The notes below the pieces were generated by a model. The model searched no databases. It worked only from the letters and a program-made list of their open reading frames with translations, and was not told the origin of the DNA. A DNA stretch of 26,740 bases from the NCBI GenBank assembly GCA_030637655.1, contig DAOWGI010000012.1, forward strand, positions 1 through 26,740, in the 5' to 3' direction. Position 1 is the first letter of the stretch, and each line of letters begins with the position of its first letter. The stretch comes from a candidate division FCPU426 bacterium (GTDB lineage: Bacteria; Oederibacteriota; JAAXVQ01; JAUVAV01). A program made the translations under genes and the position numbers. Below, piece after piece: positions 23,703 through 26,740 of this stretch.

Positions 23703-23806
23703 AATCCCCGGACTTCAGTCCGGGGTTACCGCAGCCCCTCTACCTTTTAGGGAGAGGGATAAAGGGTGAGGGTTACCTGAATACTCCGCACTTCAGTGCG
23801 GGGATT
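23703..23806. repeat. Paired IS200/IS605-style hairpins enclosing a CCCTCT/GGGAGAGGG palindrome
   Basis: CCCCGGAC-TTCA-GTCCGGGG(23706-23725) and CTCCGCAC-TTCA-GTGCGGGG(23784-23803); GGGTTACC repeated at 23723-23730 and 23770-23777 around the inner element. Confidence 0.75.
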
Positions 23807-23826
23807 ATTTATGAAAAGGATTGATC

Positions 23827-24372
23827 ATGGCGCAGCACGTTTGTCCCTGGTGGCAAGTTTGGACATTTGATAATTTTTTCCGTCCTTTGCTTCATAATAT
23901 TCCCAAACTGTATAGTCCTTATGTCAAACCCGGTATGCGCGTGCTGGATGTGGGTTGTGGTGCGGGGTTCACTTCTCTGGGTTTGGCCCGTTTGGTAGGC
24001 GAACAGGGTAAAGTGTTTGCTGTGGATATGCAACCGCAAATGCTGGCCATGGTCAAACGACGGGCCGCAAAAGCCAACCTGGAAAAAAGAATTATCCTGC
24101 ATCAATGTCAGCAACATAGTCTGGGATTAAAAACATCGGTTGATTTTGTAAATGCCTTTTGGATGGTGCATGAGATTCCGGATATCCCGAATTTTCTGGC
24201 TGAAGTGTATGGGATGCTTAAATCCGGAGGGCGGTTTTTAATTGCAGAACCATCGCATCATGTGAAGGAAGCAGAGCTGCGGAATATTGTGCATGAAGCA
24301 GAACGTGTTGGATTGGCAATGGTTGAGTACGTGAAAGTGCGCTGGAGTCACGCCGTGCTGCTAATCAAATAA
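23827..24372 (+). CDS. Class I SAM-dependent methyltransferase
   Basis: VLDVGCGAG, VFAVDMQPQML, MVHE.PD, LKSGGRFLIAEP; N-terminal HVCPWW. Confidence 0.93.
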   Translation: MAQHVCPWWQVWTFDNFFRPLLHNIPKLYSPYVKPGMRVLDVGCGAGFTSLGLARLVGEQGKVFAVDMQPQMLAMVKRRAAKANLEKRIILHQCQQHSLGLKTSVDFVNAFWMVHEIPDIPNFLAEVYGMLKSGGRFLIAEPSHHVKEAELRNIVHEAERVGLAMVEYVKVRWSHAVLLIK

Positions 24373-24515
24373 AATAGTGGTTTTACTTATTTTAGGATAA
24401 AAAACAACAGGAAAATAACACAGCATCAGTTGCTGGTTTTCACTTTCGCAAAGTACTATGCCAAAGGGCAGGGAAAAGTTCCGCATATGATTGAAGTTGG
24501 CTGATAAAAGGAAAT

Positions 24516-25439
24516 TTAATTGGTGCTGGACATGGTTTTTATTCTGGATTTCCAGGGAGAATAGAATTCCGGTTGGCTGGGTAGAGCGCCGTGGATTTGA
24601 CAGATCGCCCCTGCAAAATCACTGGCAAAATCCAGTGTCTGCTCCGGAGACCAACCCTGCAGCAGACCGATCACCAGGCACGCTGAAAAACCATCACCGG
24701 CCCCAACGGTATCGATAATCTTACCGCCGGAGATGCTCCGCTGAGTGAAGTTTTTGCTCTGGAAAAACAAGCTGCCGTTTTCAGCCATAGTTAAACATAC
24801 ACTGGGAATTTGGAATTTTTGGACAATATGTAAGATCTTTTCTTCTTTGCTACCGGAAAAATGAAACAAGTCACAGATAATATCCAGCTCTTCATGGTTA
24901 ATTTTCAAAAAATCGCATATGCGCAGAGAATACTCGATGATTTCCGGAGTGTGTTTCTGAGGACGTAAATTCAAATCACAAAATCTGGTACCCCGGGACT
25001 TGGACAATAAGGTGCGCAGGGTTTCACGACTTTTTAATCCATATTGCAGGGTAGTGCCGAAATAAATGATTTCATAGGCAGCCATACGATCGTCTGAGAG
25101 CGGTGGATATTCTAAAAATTCTGAAGCCACATTGCTGGGTATAATAAAAGCCGGTTTGTTGTTGCTATTTTTTTTCACTTGTACGGTTTTAGTGCGTTTT
25201 TTAGGATCAACTTGGATAAATTGATAAGGAAACTTGCGACGTGCTAGTTCATGCCATATGTGTTTCCCCTCTTGGTCTGTGCCGATTCTGCCAAGGAAAT
25301 CAACACCACCAATGAGATGATGGAGATGATAGGCAAAATTGAATTCTGCACCGCCCAGGAATTGTTCGCCCGAATCCACATAGATATCCAGGAGAATGCT
25401 GCCAGGAACAAGTGTCTTTGCCAGGTTAGTATAGGACAT
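24516..25439 (-). CDS. PfkB family carbohydrate kinase (fructokinase-like)
   Basis: GGA..NFA, G.IG.D..G, CDLNLRP, LKINHEEL, DTVGAGDGF. Confidence 0.93.
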   Translation of the reverse strand: MSYTNLAKTLVPGSILLDIYVDSGEQFLGGAEFNFAYHLHHLIGGVDFLGRIGTDQEGKHIWHELARRKFPYQFIQVDPKKRTKTVQVKKNSNNKPAFIIPSNVASEFLEYPPLSDDRMAAYEIIYFGTTLQYGLKSRETLRTLLSKSRGTRFCDLNLRPQKHTPEIIEYSLRICDFLKINHEELDIICDLFHFSGSKEEKILHIVQKFQIPSVCLTMAENGSLFFQSKNFTQRSISGGKIIDTVGAGDGFSACLVIGLLQGWSPEQTLDFASDFAGAICQIHGALPSQPEFYSPWKSRIKTMSSTN

Positions 25440-25560
25440 AGTTTTATTATCTCTGAAAAAAGAGTTGAATCAATATTTTTTCACAATAAATACAAACATA
25501 TTGCCCGGGCTGGTGAAAAGAGTGAGTATGCCTCTCGATCTGGTTGCGGCAGAATCCAAA

Positions 25561-26406
25561 CTAGTGTTTGCGAGGCAATTTAGCGCGAGAGTTTCCCAAC
25601 CATGGTTTGTTGGTTCCGAAACGTGTCAGTAGGATAGCTCCAATGCCAGGCAAAATGGCAAGGAAATACAGAATGGTACCCACAAAGGGAACGAAATGAA
25701 CAAATTTCAAAATGAGAAGACCCACCACCACGGCAATGACCGGGGAAAAATTGCCGGAGATTTTATTGCCTACTAAAAAGGCCATGCAGGCAATGCCAAA
25801 CCAACTGGCTATCAACAAGAAAAGTAAAAGAGCAAAAGCAATAGGCAGTCCGAAAACAGTGATGGCAAAACCAATACACAAAGGTGTTAGCAAAGCCACA
25901 GCAAAGACACCAACCAGTGTGGACTTGACCAAATCCTGGGAAGCTGCTTGAGCAGCAAGCCGGATTTGATTAGGCCACATGAGAACGAAAAATATGGAAA
26001 GCAACAATAAAATGACCGCAGTACCGATTTTGTATAGAAAACCGATCAAGAGAATTTTCATAATGGAGAAAAAGGGCAATGATTTCCAGGCGATAACACC
26101 GCCGATTTCCACCTTGGAGCCGTTTACGATAGTGCCGGTCATCGTGCTGATCTGTCCTCCCAGACAGATTACATCTTTGTTCACATAGGCTGTATTTTTC
26201 AAATTGATATTTCCGCCGATTACCACTACATTGCCCAACACTCGGCCGGCAATTTCTACTGAACCGTTGATTATCACCACATCTTCCACTTCCATGTCTA
26301 TTGCGACTTGTGCATCTTCACCAATACGGATGATATTCGATGCCAGTGTCAGATTTGGAATCAGTAGGAAGCAAAAAAGTAGGAGTAACCAATTTTTTAT
26401 AAACAT
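25561..26406 (-). CDS. Membrane protein with N-terminal beta-helix (bactofilin/polymer-forming-like) repeats
   Basis: Signal peptide; repeats V.DVVIING.V.I.G.V.GNVVVIGG.I.L...A.V..DV..LGG; 4-5 C-terminal TMs; ATG 26406 preferred. Confidence 0.8.
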   Translation of the reverse strand: MFIKNWLLLLFCFLLIPNLTLASNIIRIGEDAQVAIDMEVEDVVIINGSVEIAGRVLGNVVVIGGNINLKNTAYVNKDVICLGGQISTMTGTIVNGSKVEIGGVIAWKSLPFFSIMKILLIGFLYKIGTAVILLLLSIFFVLMWPNQIRLAAQAASQDLVKSTLVGVFAVALLTPLCIGFAITVFGLPIAFALLLFLLIASWFGIACMAFLVGNKISGNFSPVIAVVVGLLILKFVHFVPFVGTILYFLAILPGIGAILLTRFGTNKPWLGNSRAKLPRKH

Positions 26407-26537
26407 CAGGTCATCACCGCTTTCTGTATTAGTTAATAGCTTATTTTCGCATTTTGGGTTCTTTAAGTACAAGTGTTTTTAAAAAAAATCACCCCACATT
26501 CTTGAAAATCGTTATATAATCTTTTTCTTTAATTTAA

Positions 26538-26569
26538 TAGTAGGGACACGGCAGGCCGTGCCCCTACTA
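26538..26569. repeat. GTAG-type REP palindrome
   Basis: TAGTAGGGACACGGC-AG-GCCGTGCCCCTACTA. Confidence 0.8.
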
Positions 26570-26597
26570 AATATGGGTACATTTGATTTTATGCTTC

Positions 26598-26740
26598 TGT
26601 CGTCATTCCCCGACAGGAAAAGATATATAGGGACGCTTCGCAGCCGGCATTTCGTCACCCCGGTATGCAGTTAACCGGGGCGGAATCCAGGGGTTTTGTT
26701 TGAAAAAGTCACAGTCTCTGGACCCCGGCTACAATCATGC
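26598..26740. repeat. Second copy of the 4760-cluster element, cut by the window edge
   Basis: 50-bp identity with 4766-4815; 22/23 with 4840-4862; 50/53 inverted with 4876-4928. Confidence 0.9.

Noticed and set aside
683-26482. Many 60-190 aa ORFs overlapping the called genes
   Set aside because: Antisense or alternate-frame shadows of well-supported CDSs.

Overview
Bacterial chromosomal window with about 22 credible CDSs: a Ca2+/Na+ antiporter, two GAF/HD-GYP phosphodiesterases with Lys-rich N-termini, a MATE pump, an AbiEi/AbiEii type IV toxin-antitoxin pair, an uppP - TM-helix protein - glycogen debranching-like operon, an L7/L12-CTD membrane fusion operon, a 723-aa EF-hand membrane protein, a V4R-like protein, LprI, a membrane protein + vWA lipoprotein pair, a methyltransferase, a PfkB kinase and a bactofilin-like membrane protein. 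Most long intergenic regions are filled with palindromic REP/MITE-like elements, often nested, including a clean 180-bp GTAA...TTAC MITE with an 8-bp target duplication. The 17.4-21.0 kb region is a mosaic: a 159-bp direct repeat around one gene, ~300-bp gene fragments bounded by a 23-26 bp repeat, and remnants of IS630, an rve/IS481-like transposase and a GIY-YIG nuclease. No rRNA, tRNA or CRISPR array was recognised. All family calls come from motif recognition by eye, not database searches.
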